A DNA stretch of 64,000 bases from an uncultured virus (IMG/VR IMGVR_UViG_3300003394_000004) (Duplodnaviria > Heunggongvirae > Uroviricota > Caudoviricetes), in the IMG/VR virus record IMGVR_UViG_3300003394_000004, positions 1-64,000 of that record; one strand, written 5' to 3'. The first letter of the stretch is position 1. Every line of letters starts with the position of its first letter. The position numbers and the translations under genes are program-made. Positions 37,358 to 45,614 of this stretch are shown piece after piece. Under the pieces are notes generated by a model. It was not told the origin of the DNA, did not search any database, and saw only the letters and a program-made list of their open reading frames with translations.

Positions 37358-38917
37358 ATGATTTTATTTGAAGGTCGTAAGGAAGACTCATTTAAGAAAT
37401 TCCAAAAAAGTATTGATGGTGAAAGAAAGATGATATCCACTTACATGGATGATGCGTCTGCGTATGATTTTTTAATTGGTGAACCTTTTATAAAAGAGAC
37501 TAATTACAAATATCTTAATGATATTTTGGATTATTATTATACCGTAAATTATTATTCAGGTGAAGCTGAGCCTTTAGACAAAGACAGAGCAAGAACTCTA
37601 ATATTTAGAATGAGGAGTGAAATTGACAAGATTGTTGCTTCTTTAGATACATTTGAAAAACACAAATCAAAATTCAAATATCCTGAGTTTAGACAATACA
37701 GTACAAATATACAAGATTTTTTCAATGAAGCTCAAAAGATTAAAACTGACGTTGAGACCAAACAGACAGAAAAATTAGCCAAGAAAGAAATAGATAAAAT
37801 TTTTGAAAACGATACGTTGTTGGTTATAAAACCAAAATCATTTACCGCATCTTGTTATTATGGTTCAGGTACAAGATGGTGTACAACAATGAAAGGTAAT
37901 CCATCGTATTTCAATCAATATAGTTCAAATGGAAACTTGTATTATTTAATATTAAAAAATGTTGACAGGGATAATAAATTTTACAAAATGGCCATTCACG
38001 CACCAAAGAATGGAAAATTTGATTCAGATTCAATTTGGTACGATTCAACTGACGAAAGATTGACATCAAGAGAAAAAGAATCAGTATTGGCTCATATGCC
38101 AAAAGATGCGTATAATTCAATGGTTAATGACTATAAAACATCATTCCCTAAAGAAGATGTCTTGGATGTTATTTATAAAATAATACCAAAAGTTACTACA
38201 AGCCACAATGAGATATACCAATTCAAAGGTGGGAAATTAAAGTTTTATATTGGAAGACCAAGCGTTGAAGATAGTGATAGAGATAATACGAGTATTAGAA
38301 TTAGTACGCCTTGGGAGGTTGTAGAAATTGATAAAGAAGGAAAAACTTCTTATAGTGAAGATGGCGTTATTGATTGTTATTTTAAGGTTTATAATACTCA
38401 AGTAATGATAGGAAAACACATCGTTAGATTTGACGCTGAGATAATACCATATAATACGGACCAAAATATTGTTAAAAAATCAACCTATACTAAAACTTTA
38501 ATATTGGATGAGGATAGACAGAGTGACCCTGAACACGTTTTAAGAAGAACTAGTAATTTATTAGATAATTTGTATAAAGAATTTTATTATACAATATACA
38601 AAGAACTTAGTGAAGATGAATTCTTGTTAGATAGGTATCCACCAACAAAGTCTAAGACTTATACCAGGTCAAAATACACCTTCACAGGTAAAGGTGCGTT
38701 AACCAAAGCATTTATGGAATATCTTAAAAACATTCCTGAAGGTAAGGTCGGTAATAAGAACGAATTTTTAACTCAAATAGGTAGAAGAAGTGGTCCTGGT
38801 CAATATAGTAGTTTCTTTTCGGCGTCAAATATGGCAGGTATTAGTGCCAGACAAGGAAAAAGTGGTTTGGTTAAAGGACCAAACTTTGACAAATTTTATA
38901 GTAAAATATTTGAATAA
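37358..38917 (+). CDS. hypothetical protein, YG.xT.WCT family paralog 2
   Basis: PKSFTASCYYGSGTRWCTT..YFNQY..G.LYY. Confidence 0.75.
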   Translation: MILFEGRKEDSFKKFQKSIDGERKMISTYMDDASAYDFLIGEPFIKETNYKYLNDILDYYYTVNYYSGEAEPLDKDRARTLIFRMRSEIDKIVASLDTFEKHKSKFKYPEFRQYSTNIQDFFNEAQKIKTDVETKQTEKLAKKEIDKIFENDTLLVIKPKSFTASCYYGSGTRWCTTMKGNPSYFNQYSSNGNLYYLILKNVDRDNKFYKMAIHAPKNGKFDSDSIWYDSTDERLTSREKESVLAHMPKDAYNSMVNDYKTSFPKEDVLDVIYKIIPKVTTSHNEIYQFKGGKLKFYIGRPSVEDSDRDNTSIRISTPWEVVEIDKEGKTSYSEDGVIDCYFKVYNTQVMIGKHIVRFDAEIIPYNTDQNIVKKSTYTKTLILDEDRQSDPEHVLRRTSNLLDNLYKEFYYTIYKELSEDEFLLDRYPPTKSKTYTRSKYTFTGKGALTKAFMEYLKNIPEGKVGNKNEFLTQIGRRSGPGQYSSFFSASNMAGISARQGKSGLVKGPNFDKFYSKIFE

Positions 38918-38945
38918 TTCTTATTAGTGTCTTATACTTTTGATA

Positions 38946-40214
38946 ATGGAAAAATTATCAAATGTAGGGAACAATATTGTTGGCTCTGAAATTATTAAAA
39001 TCTCACAACAAATCAAAGAAATTGCTAAAACAAAACCAGTATCTAACCTAACCATAGGTGACTTTAATTCCAAACTATGGCCAATACCCTCAAAATTAAG
39101 AAAACACATTCAAGATGCTTACGAGTGGGATTTAACCAACTATCCAAACTCACAAGGAGAACTTGAATTAAGGGAATCTGTTTCCAAACACATTAAACAT
39201 CAGTTCAATGTTGATTATTCACCTGAAGAAATCTTAATTGGTGGTGGAGTTCGTCCATTGATTTATACGGTTTATAAAGCCACGGTAAATCCGAATGAAG
39301 AGGTGATTTATCCTGTACCATCTTGGAATAATAACCACTATTGTTTTTTACATAATGCACAAAAAGAAGAAATTGAATGTACACCTGAAAATTCATTTTT
39401 TCCAACCGTTGAAGATGTTGACGGTAGAATAAGTGATAAAACATCATTGGTTTGCATTTGTTCGCCACAAAATCCAACAGGTCGTGTAATTGACCCCGAA
39501 GTTCTGAAAGGTATTTGTGAGTTGATTGTGAGAGAAAATAAAATCAGGTCAACACAAGTAGGTTCAAGACCATTGTATTTGTTCTTTGACCAGATTTATT
39601 CTGACATCACCAAAGAAGGTTTGTTTATCCACCCATTAACTTTATGTCCTGAAATCAGAGATTATTTGATTTGTGCTGATGGTATTTCAAAATCATTAAA
39701 CGCAACTGGTGTTCGTGTTGGTTGGTTGTTTGGTCCAAAAGATATTATTGGAAAGATAACCGAAGTTTTGTCTCACATTGGAGCATGGGCACCAAAACCT
39801 GAACAACGAGCATTGGATGCGTACATCAGAGTAGATTATGAAGATTACATTTCTCACATAAACTATGTAACAAAATCGTATGAATTTATATCAGATAAAA
39901 TCTGTGACAAGTTGGAAGAATTGAAAAACAAAGGTCATAATGTTGATTACCAAAAACCTGATGGTGGAATTTATATTTCGGTTTACTTGGGTTATGTTCA
40001 TTCATTTTCATCCACAGAAGAGTATATTTCGTTCTTAATTAATACCTGTGGGTTGGGAATTGTTCCGTTTGAATATTTTGGTTCAAAGAGTAACAAAGGA
40101 TGGTTTAGAATCTCAATTGGTAATGTTGCCGAGTTAAATTTGGACTCAATTATTAAAACAATTGAAAAGTCTGTACAAAAATCGGTAAGTTATGTAAATT
40201 CTTTGGCGTTTTAA
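38946..40214 (+). CDS. PLP-dependent aminotransferase class I/II
   Basis: Y...QG..ELR, CSPQNPTG, FDQIY, GISKSL.ATG.RVGW, WFRIS. Confidence 0.9.
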   Translation: MEKLSNVGNNIVGSEIIKISQQIKEIAKTKPVSNLTIGDFNSKLWPIPSKLRKHIQDAYEWDLTNYPNSQGELELRESVSKHIKHQFNVDYSPEEILIGGGVRPLIYTVYKATVNPNEEVIYPVPSWNNNHYCFLHNAQKEEIECTPENSFFPTVEDVDGRISDKTSLVCICSPQNPTGRVIDPEVLKGICELIVRENKIRSTQVGSRPLYLFFDQIYSDITKEGLFIHPLTLCPEIRDYLICADGISKSLNATGVRVGWLFGPKDIIGKITEVLSHIGAWAPKPEQRALDAYIRVDYEDYISHINYVTKSYEFISDKICDKLEELKNKGHNVDYQKPDGGIYISVYLGYVHSFSSTEEYISFLINTCGLGIVPFEYFGSKSNKGWFRISIGNVAELNLDSIIKTIEKSVQKSVSYVNSLAF

Positions 40215-40271
40215 TTGACACTTTTTAAAAGTTTATTATATTTAATAAGAAATCAAATAATAATACATTCA

Positions 40272-40340
40272 ATGAAAACCATATTCATATTCGGCACACC
40301 AGCAACAGAGGCTGATACTTCCAAAGTGGAGATGGGATAA
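40272..40340 (+). CDS. leader peptide 2 of tRNA array 2 (MKTIFIFGTPATEADTSKVEMG)
   Basis: Read by eye; core GTPATEADT and two ATA codons match the downstream tRNAs; 3' end carries the antiterminator strand. Confidence 0.75.
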   Translation: MKTIFIFGTPATEADTSKVEMG

Positions 40341-40374
40341 TATTGTAAAAAAATATCTTACAAAAACCCATCTC
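40329..40374 (+). promoter_or_regulatory. antiterminator helix of attenuator 2
   Basis: GAGATGGG (40329-40336) is the exact reverse complement of CCCATCTC (40367-40374). Confidence 0.75.
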
Positions 40375-40393
40375 GAAAGGATGGGTTTTTTTT
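40362..40393 (+). terminator. intrinsic terminator (attenuator 2) before tRNA array 2
   Basis: AAAAACCCATC-TCGAAAG-GATGGGTTTTT plus T tract. Confidence 0.88.
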
Positions 40394-40400
40394 GTGTTTG

Positions 40401-40432
40401 TTTGGTAGTATTAAAAAAATGTATTAACTTTG
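40401..40432 (+). promoter_or_regulatory. Bacteroidota-type promoter between terminator 2 and array 2
   Basis: TTTG (40401-40404), 20-nt spacer, TAACTTTG (40425-40432). Confidence 0.65.
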
Positions 40433-40463
40433 TATTGTTGTTGAATAAGACAACAGAACAAAA

Positions 40464-40485
40464 AAGTTCTTTGACGTATTGGTAA
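40464..40485 (+). promoter_or_regulatory. boxA-like element, copy 2
   Basis: AAGTTCTTTGACGTATTGGTAA, identical to 33527-33548. Confidence 0.7.
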
Positions 40486-40498
40486 GAAAAAAATAATT

Positions 40499-40570
40499 GC
40501 TCGGTTCATCTATCGGTTAGGATGCCAGGTTTTCATCCTGGAAAGAGGGGTTCGACTCCCCTACCGAGTA
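40499..40570 (+). tRNA. tRNA-Glu(TTC)
   Basis: CCAGG-TTTTCAT-CCTGG. Confidence 0.92.
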
Positions 40571-40579
40571 CAAATAAAT

Positions 40580-40653
40580 CGCGGGTTGGTGTAATGGTAA
40601 CATAATGGGCTCATAACCCATAGTTCCGAGTTCGAGTCTCGGGTCCGCAACCA
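40580..40653 (+). tRNA. initiator tRNA-fMet(CAT)
   Basis: C1:A72 mismatch; GGG/CCC in the anticodon stem; encoded CCA. Confidence 0.9.
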
Positions 40654-40656
40654 ATG

Positions 40657-40738
40657 GATGTAACTTGGGTCGTGCCACATTGGCCACTTTTACATCAAGA
40701 GTCAGAAGGATAAGAGGTGGCCGTGACTACTCTGACTC
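40657..40738 (+). ncRNA. candidate kissing-loop RNA
   Basis: Stems GATGTAA/TTACATC and GAGTCAGA/TCTGACTC; loops carry complementary GGCCAC and GTGGCC. Confidence 0.55.
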
Positions 40739-40746
40739 GAAAAAAG

Positions 40747-40817
40747 CGAGTGTAGTATAAAGGCTATTACTCCAGCCTTCCAAGCTGGATATGGGAGTTC
40801 GATTCTCCCCACTCGCT
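40747..40817 (+). tRNA. tRNA-Gly(TCC)
   Basis: CCAGC-CTTCCAA-GCTGG; U73. Confidence 0.92.
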
Positions 40818-40822
40818 CAAAA

Positions 40823-40898
40823 GCGAGAGTAGCTCAGTCGGTAGAGCATCAGTTTACCAAACTGAGGGTCGCCAGTTCGAACCTGGTCTCTCGCTCCA
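40823..40898 (+). tRNA. tRNA-Gly(ACC)
   Basis: TCAGT-TTACCAA-ACTGA; G1-C72, C2-G71, U73 Gly identity; encoded CCA. Confidence 0.88.
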
Positions 40899-40900
40899 AA

Positions 40901-40959
40901 AGTAAATCTTAAAAAGGGCCCTTCCGTGTTTATCACGGCTTGTTGGGCCCGGGTTTACT
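40901..40959 (+). ncRNA. structured spacer hairpin
   Basis: Nested AGTAAATC/GGTTTACT, GGGCCC/GGGCCC and CCGTG/CACGG stems. Confidence 0.4.
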
Positions 40960-40966
40960 AACTTAC

Positions 40967-41038
40967 GGTCCTGTAGTTAATCGGCTATAATATTGCCCTG
41001 TCACGGCAAAGTGCCGGGTTCGATTCCCGGTGGGACCG
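40967..41038 (+). tRNA. tRNA-Asp(GTC)
   Basis: TTGCC-CTGTCAC-GGCAA; G73. Confidence 0.92.
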
Positions 41039-41049
41039 CAAAAATAAAA

Positions 41050-41119
41050 GGGCCTGATGTCAACGGCAGACCGTTTGATTTGCAATCAGAACGTATGGGT
41101 TCGATTCCCACAGTGTCCA
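41050..41119 (+). tRNA. tRNA-Ala(TGC), irregular acceptor stem
   Basis: TTTGA-TTTGCAA-TCAGA; G3.U70 retained. Confidence 0.75.
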
Positions 41120-41128
41120 CAAACAAAT

Positions 41129-41204
41129 AGCGTAGTAGAGGAGTCAGGTTTATCTCATCTGCTTTGGGAGCAGAGGCACGCTGGTTCGAATCCAGTCTAC
41201 GCTA
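41129..41204 (+). tRNA. tRNA-Pro(TGG)
   Basis: TCTGC-TTTGGGA-GCAGA; A1-U72 instead of the usual C1-G72. Confidence 0.88.
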
Positions 41205-41266
41205 CAATCGTTAAAAAAATATTTGACCAAATCTAATTTTAACGACAATCAATATATTTATTATAT

Positions 41267-41818
41267 ATGGTAGAAATAATTAAAAATTCTAAGACAAGGG
41301 CTGAAGCTATTAAAAAACTCTATGGTTTTGACAATGGAAAAACTCGAAAAAAATTTGAAAATTTCATTGTTGAAAATAAAATTGACGTTTCGCATTTAAG
41401 AAGTCGAGAAATAAAATACCAATCAGTTATTAAATTGTGTCCTGTTTGTGATATTCAATTTGAAACAAAAGTTGGAGGGAAAGAAGAAAGAACAACATGT
41501 TCTTATTCTTGTTCAAACACCTTTTTTAGAAGTGGTGAAAATAACCCAAATTGGGGAAATTTTGGTGATAGTCAAGAACGTAACGGTTATAGAAGAATTG
41601 GTTTTAATTATCACAAAAAAGAATGTATTATTTGTAGTGAAAATAAAATTGTGACTATCCATCATTATGACAATAATCACCAAAATAACGAACCAAAAAA
41701 CTTGGTACCATTATGTCCAACACATCATCAGTATGTTCATAGTAGATATCAAAATGAAATTCAACACATAGTTGACAATTATGTAAAAAACTTTGAAAAA
41801 AATATATTACCTTTGTAA
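41267..41818 (+). CDS. HNH endonuclease inside tRNA array 2
   Basis: CPVC..CSYSC, GENNPNW, CIIC..IHH.D.N..NN...NLVPLCPTHH..VH. Confidence 0.85.
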   Translation: MVEIIKNSKTRAEAIKKLYGFDNGKTRKKFENFIVENKIDVSHLRSREIKYQSVIKLCPVCDIQFETKVGGKEERTTCSYSCSNTFFRSGENNPNWGNFGDSQERNGYRRIGFNYHKKECIICSENKIVTIHHYDNNHQNNEPKNLVPLCPTHHQYVHSRYQNEIQHIVDNYVKNFEKNILPL

Positions 41819-41819
41819 C

Positions 41820-42107
41820 ATGAAAAACATATTAAAAGACCCCCGACTTTATTTTTCCTTATGGATTATTTTATCTATTATTCTTGCCACTATGTTAGGA
41901 GCTTGTAAACAGAAACCTTTGATTGAAAAAGGTGATGTAGTTGAAAAGTTCGTTATTGATTCAATGGTTCAATTGCCACCTCACAGCACAATTGAACTTG
42001 ACAGGAAGTACAAGTATTTCATGTCAGACAGCAGTGAGTTTACTTCTTTGAGGAAGTACAACATTGGTGATACCATCACTTATGTTTACAAAAAACAAGG
42101 AAAGTAA
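41820..42107 (+). CDS. putative lipoprotein or membrane protein
   Basis: Hydrophobic N-terminus ending in LGAC; TACCTTTG promoter at 41808-41815. Confidence 0.6.
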   Translation: MKNILKDPRLYFSLWIILSIILATMLGACKQKPLIEKGDVVEKFVIDSMVQLPPHSTIELDRKYKYFMSDSSEFTSLRKYNIGDTITYVYKKQGK

Positions 42108-42126
42108 TATATATTAAAACATAAAT

Positions 42127-42203
42127 GCCTGAATAGCTTTAATTGGTAGAGCACCTGACTTGTAATCAGGGGGTTGGCGGTTCGAGTCCGTCTTCAGGCT
42201 CCA
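42127..42203 (+). tRNA. tRNA-Thr(TGT)
   Basis: CCTGA-CTTGTAA-TCAGG; encoded CCA. Confidence 0.93.
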
Positions 42204-42216
42204 AAACACAATAATC

Positions 42217-42402
42217 ATGGACCCCAAGACTCAAATGACGCAGGAAGATTTTTTAACCGAATTGACAGAATTAAGTCAGTCACTTGGGTTGTATGGTGAA
42301 AATGACAACTTTGGTGTTGATGGAGTTTACATACATACCCAACCAGAAATGTACATATGCCCGTGGGATAATACTCAAGGGGATTGTACTCATTTCAACT
42401 AA
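42217..42402 (+). CDS. hypothetical protein
   Basis: ORF track; fills the gap between two tRNAs. Confidence 0.5.
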   Translation: MDPKTQMTQEDFLTELTELSQSLGLYGENDNFGVDGVYIHTQPEMYICPWDNTQGDCTHFN

Positions 42403-42407
42403 TATTT

Positions 42408-42481
42408 GGACGGGTAGCTCAACAGGTTAGAGCAGGATGCTTATATCATCAAGGTTGGGGGTTCAAGTCCCTTCTCGTCTA
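42408..42481 (+). tRNA. tRNA-Ile(TAT)
   Basis: GATG-CTTATAT-CATC; canonical D and T arms. Confidence 0.85.
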
Positions 42482-42495
42482 CTAAAATCATAACT

Positions 42496-42918
42496 ATGAA
42501 CACAGAATATAACGAATGGTATTGGAAACTTTACAGATGGGTAAGATGGGAACTACCCAACCAACACAAATACATTAAGTATGGAGTTCAGAACCTATAT
42601 AAATGGTTTTGGATAATATGGAAAGATAGGGATTGGGACCACCATTATGTTTTTCAGGTATTAAAATTCAAGTTAGAAAAACAAGCCAAACATCTTGTTA
42701 AATATGGTTCTCATGAAAGTTCTGAACGTGATGCTGAGTTAATGATGACTTGTGTTAGGTTAATTGATAAAATACAAAATGAATCATATTATGATGGGTT
42801 TTATGAGTTAGATAAACGGTCATCTGAAGCTCTTAAAATGGTAACAGATAAGCACAATAAAGCTAAACGTTTATTATTTAAAATTCTTGAACAAAAAATT
42901 GAACATTGGTGGGATTAA
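42496..42918 (+). CDS. conserved phage hypothetical protein
   Basis: W..IWKDRDWD..L.FKL..WWD. Confidence 0.7.
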   Translation: MNTEYNEWYWKLYRWVRWELPNQHKYIKYGVQNLYKWFWIIWKDRDWDHHYVFQVLKFKLEKQAKHLVKYGSHESSERDAELMMTCVRLIDKIQNESYYDGFYELDKRSSEALKMVTDKHNKAKRLLFKILEQKIEHWWD

Positions 42919-42947
42919 GAATTTTTTTATTATCTTTGTATAACAAT

Positions 42948-43024
42948 GGACCCTTAGCTCAGTTGGTCAGAGCGGCTGACTCATAATCAGTAGGTCGTAG
43001 GTTCAAGCCCTACAGGGTCCACCA
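42948..43024 (+). tRNA. tRNA-Ile2(CAT), lysidine type (Met not excluded)
   Basis: GCTGA-CTCATAA-TCAGT; GGACCCT acceptor resembles bacterial Ile2; encoded CCA. Confidence 0.8.
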
Positions 43025-43025
43025 A

Positions 43026-43211
43026 ATGAAACAAAAAATGTATAGACCAAAAGTAGACCGAGTAATCGGTGGTGTATGTGCTGGTATCGCATACCGTATG
43101 AATATTGACCCAATTTTTCTTCGTGTATTTTCCGTGGTATTACTTTTTTATCCATTTCCAATTGGTATAACATATTTGTTGTTATGGATGTTTATACCAA
43201 GTGGTGAATAA
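43026..43211 (+). CDS. pspC: PspC domain protein
   Basis: MYR...DRVIGGVCAGIA...IDP..LR..Y..LW..IP. Confidence 0.85.
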   Translation: MKQKMYRPKVDRVIGGVCAGIAYRMNIDPIFLRVFSVVLLFYPFPIGITYLLLWMFIPSGE

Positions 43212-43278
43212 AATTTAAAAAGACCTGATTTATATCAGGTTTTTTTGTATTTATTTACTAAACAATATATTTTTACTA

Positions 43279-43905
43279 ATGGATTGGGCAGATGTATTTA
43301 AAACTTTGATAACAGCGGTGGCTTCAGTTATAGTTGCGTTGGTGACTGCGGGTTATTTTAGAAAAACCCAAGACAAAAATAAAGAAAAGAAAAGTCGTGA
43401 AAAATTGGTGGAACAGATTCAAAGAGATGAATTAATCCACTTTACATTAAAAGAATTAAGACGAAAGTACATTACAGATAGAGTTTACATCATTCAATTT
43501 CATAATGGTGGAACTTTTTATACTCAAGCACCAATGCAAAAAGCATCTGTGACATATGAAAGATGTTCAGATGGATTAGAAAAAATTTCAGAAAAATTTC
43601 AAAATATTTTAATTTCAAATTATAATTGGTATTTAACAGAAACACTTGGTAACCGATTGTTTTATGTTGATGTTGATAATCAAATAAGTGATTTACCAAC
43701 CAAAAGTTTATTAAGACATTATGGAAACTACGCACACGCTGGTGTTCCAATTTATAATACCGATAAACATTTAATTGGTGTTTTATGTGTAAGTTGGGTG
43801 TTTTCTGATTTCCCAACATCAATTGCCAGTAATGGTGAGTTTACTGAAGAATTCAAAACTCAATTATATCAAGATGCCAATTCATTAAAACCTTATTTAT
43901 TATGA
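43279..43905 (+). CDS. N-terminal TM plus GAF-like domain protein (possible holin)
   Basis: Single TM; DRVYIIQFHNG..YE..GVPI..LIGVL. Confidence 0.55.
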   Translation: MDWADVFKTLITAVASVIVALVTAGYFRKTQDKNKEKKSREKLVEQIQRDELIHFTLKELRRKYITDRVYIIQFHNGGTFYTQAPMQKASVTYERCSDGLEKISEKFQNILISNYNWYLTETLGNRLFYVDVDNQISDLPTKSLLRHYGNYAHAGVPIYNTDKHLIGVLCVSWVFSDFPTSIASNGEFTEEFKTQLYQDANSLKPYLL

Positions 43906-44183
43906 TGGAGTTTTGGGATATTGAATTGGAAGATGAGTTGGATTTGGAAGTTGATGATTTTATTGAAGGGTTATACAAACTTGGATTTAAAAGAAAAAAC
44001 AAAGAAATTTTTGTAAAAGATATTATCAATCATAATGGTGATAAAATTGATGATGGGTTATTTTATCATTTAAATGAACAAACATTGGTATATTATCCTG
44101 AACCAAATTCAGGTATAACAATAAAAGGAATCGGTGATGACATTTCAAAAATTGATGAGTTTATCCGAAAAAATATTATGTGA
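43902..44183 (+). CDS. hypothetical protein
   Basis: ORF track. Confidence 0.6.
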   Translation: MMEFWDIELEDELDLEVDDFIEGLYKLGFKRKNKEIFVKDIINHNGDKIDDGLFYHLNEQTLVYYPEPNSGITIKGIGDDISKIDEFIRKNIM

Positions 44184-44194
44184 TATTTATTATT

Positions 44195-44908
44195 ATGGAA
44201 TTAACGTACCCATTATTAAATAAATCATTTGAAGCAACATCTGGTTTTGGTCTAAGAGGAACTGGAAGACACAGCGGTGTTGATTTAAAAGCCGATTCTG
44301 GAACAAGAGTTGTTTCCATTACTGATGGTGAAGTTTTTAAATCTGATGATACAAGTGACCCAAATGGTTATGGTGGTCAAATAATAATTAAACATTTGTT
44401 AAATGGAAAAACTTATTATTCAAAATATGCTCATTTGAGAAAACGTTATGTTAGAGTGGGTGAAACAGTAACTACCGGTGAAAAAATTGGTGAAAGTGGT
44501 GGTGGACCTAATGACCCAAATAAAGGTAGAAGCACAGGACCTCATTTACATTTTGAAATATTAGATGGTAGTAAACAACCAATTAATCCAGAACCAATTT
44601 TAACAGGAGTTGCTGCTTTAGGCGGTGCAGCCCTTGTTGGTTCATTATTAGTTGGAAAAAACAAAGATAAAGATAAAAATAAAAAAAATAACAATGATGT
44701 TAGTGACGATAGTGACGATAGTGATGATGGGTTAGTTAAAAGCACAGGTAAGTCAGGATTTAACAACATCATGGATAAATTTTTAAATGTGTATACTCCT
44801 GTTGCAGCATTGGCAAGTTTAAAAGGATTAACAACTCCAAAAAAAGAATCCAAACTTCCCAAAGAAATTATGGAAGAAATTCAAAAATTCAAAAGACTTA
44901 TAAAATAA
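44195..44908 (+). CDS. M23 family peptidase
   Basis: HSGVD, YAHL, GRSTGPHLHFEI. Confidence 0.9.
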   Translation: MELTYPLLNKSFEATSGFGLRGTGRHSGVDLKADSGTRVVSITDGEVFKSDDTSDPNGYGGQIIIKHLLNGKTYYSKYAHLRKRYVRVGETVTTGEKIGESGGGPNDPNKGRSTGPHLHFEILDGSKQPINPEPILTGVAALGGAALVGSLLVGKNKDKDKNKKNNNDVSDDSDDSDDGLVKSTGKSGFNNIMDKFLNVYTPVAALASLKGLTTPKKESKLPKEIMEEIQKFKRLIK

Positions 44909-44957
44909 AAAAACCCCTCGTTTGAGGGGTTCTTTGTTTAAGATGGTTTCCGTCTAA

Positions 44958-45152
44958 TTACTTTGCAGATTCAACAGATTTAACTTCTTCAACTTTTACA
45001 GAGTCAACAGAAACTTTAGCAGAATCACAACAAGTGCTATCAGCACATGTGCTATCCATCAAAGTAGAGTCAACAAGAGTTGTTTCGGTTTCTTGGCTTG
45101 TACAAGCAACCAATGCAGTAACCATCAAAAGACTTAAAATTAATTTTTTCAT
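44958..45152 (-). CDS. small lipoprotein
   Basis: MKK plus hydrophobic stretch and LVAC lipobox; DST repeats. Confidence 0.7.
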   Translation of the reverse strand: MKKLILSLLMVTALVACTSQETETTLVDSTLMDSTCADSTCCDSAKVSVDSVKVEEVKSVESAK

Positions 45153-45259
45153 AATGTTTTGTGTGTGTGTTTTATTTGTGTGTTTAAATTATAGTCAATA
45201 AATATGTCCTTGACAATAGAAGGACAAAAATTTTTTATACTATTATACTATTTATAGAC

Positions 45260-45562
45260 ATGGATAGATTGAAAAAACTTATAAGAGAAAGCTTAGTTGC
45301 ACATCTTAATGAAGCCGATAGTAAAAAGAAGGATGATGTTGTTGTTCCTGAAGGATGTTTTGGTGGTCCAAAACACCATATTGGAGCATTGGTAAACATT
45401 GTAGAATTATTAATGTTAGAAAAAGACGAGAACGGTAAAAGAGCCGTAGAGGACTTAAAACAATTTTTGAAAGGAAGTAGTAAGGCTGACGCCAAAGTTG
45501 TTGTACAGATACTTAGAAAACACCACAAACCACAATTTATTCCATTCACAGGTTGTCTATAA
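45260..45562 (+). CDS. hypothetical protein
   Basis: ORF track; TATTTAT at 45249-45255. Confidence 0.65.
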   Translation: MDRLKKLIRESLVAHLNEADSKKKDDVVVPEGCFGGPKHHIGALVNIVELLMLEKDENGKRAVEDLKQFLKGSSKADAKVVVQILRKHHKPQFIPFTGCL

Positions 45563-45614
45563 TATAAAAATGATATAAAAGAAAAACCCATCCGTAAAGA
45601 TGGGTTTTTTTATT

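Noticed and set aside
40657..40738. HDV-like (theta) ribozyme after tRNA-fMet
   Set aside because: The position fits, but I could not map the nested P1/P2/P3/P1.1 topology or a typical L3. Kept only as an unassigned structured RNA.
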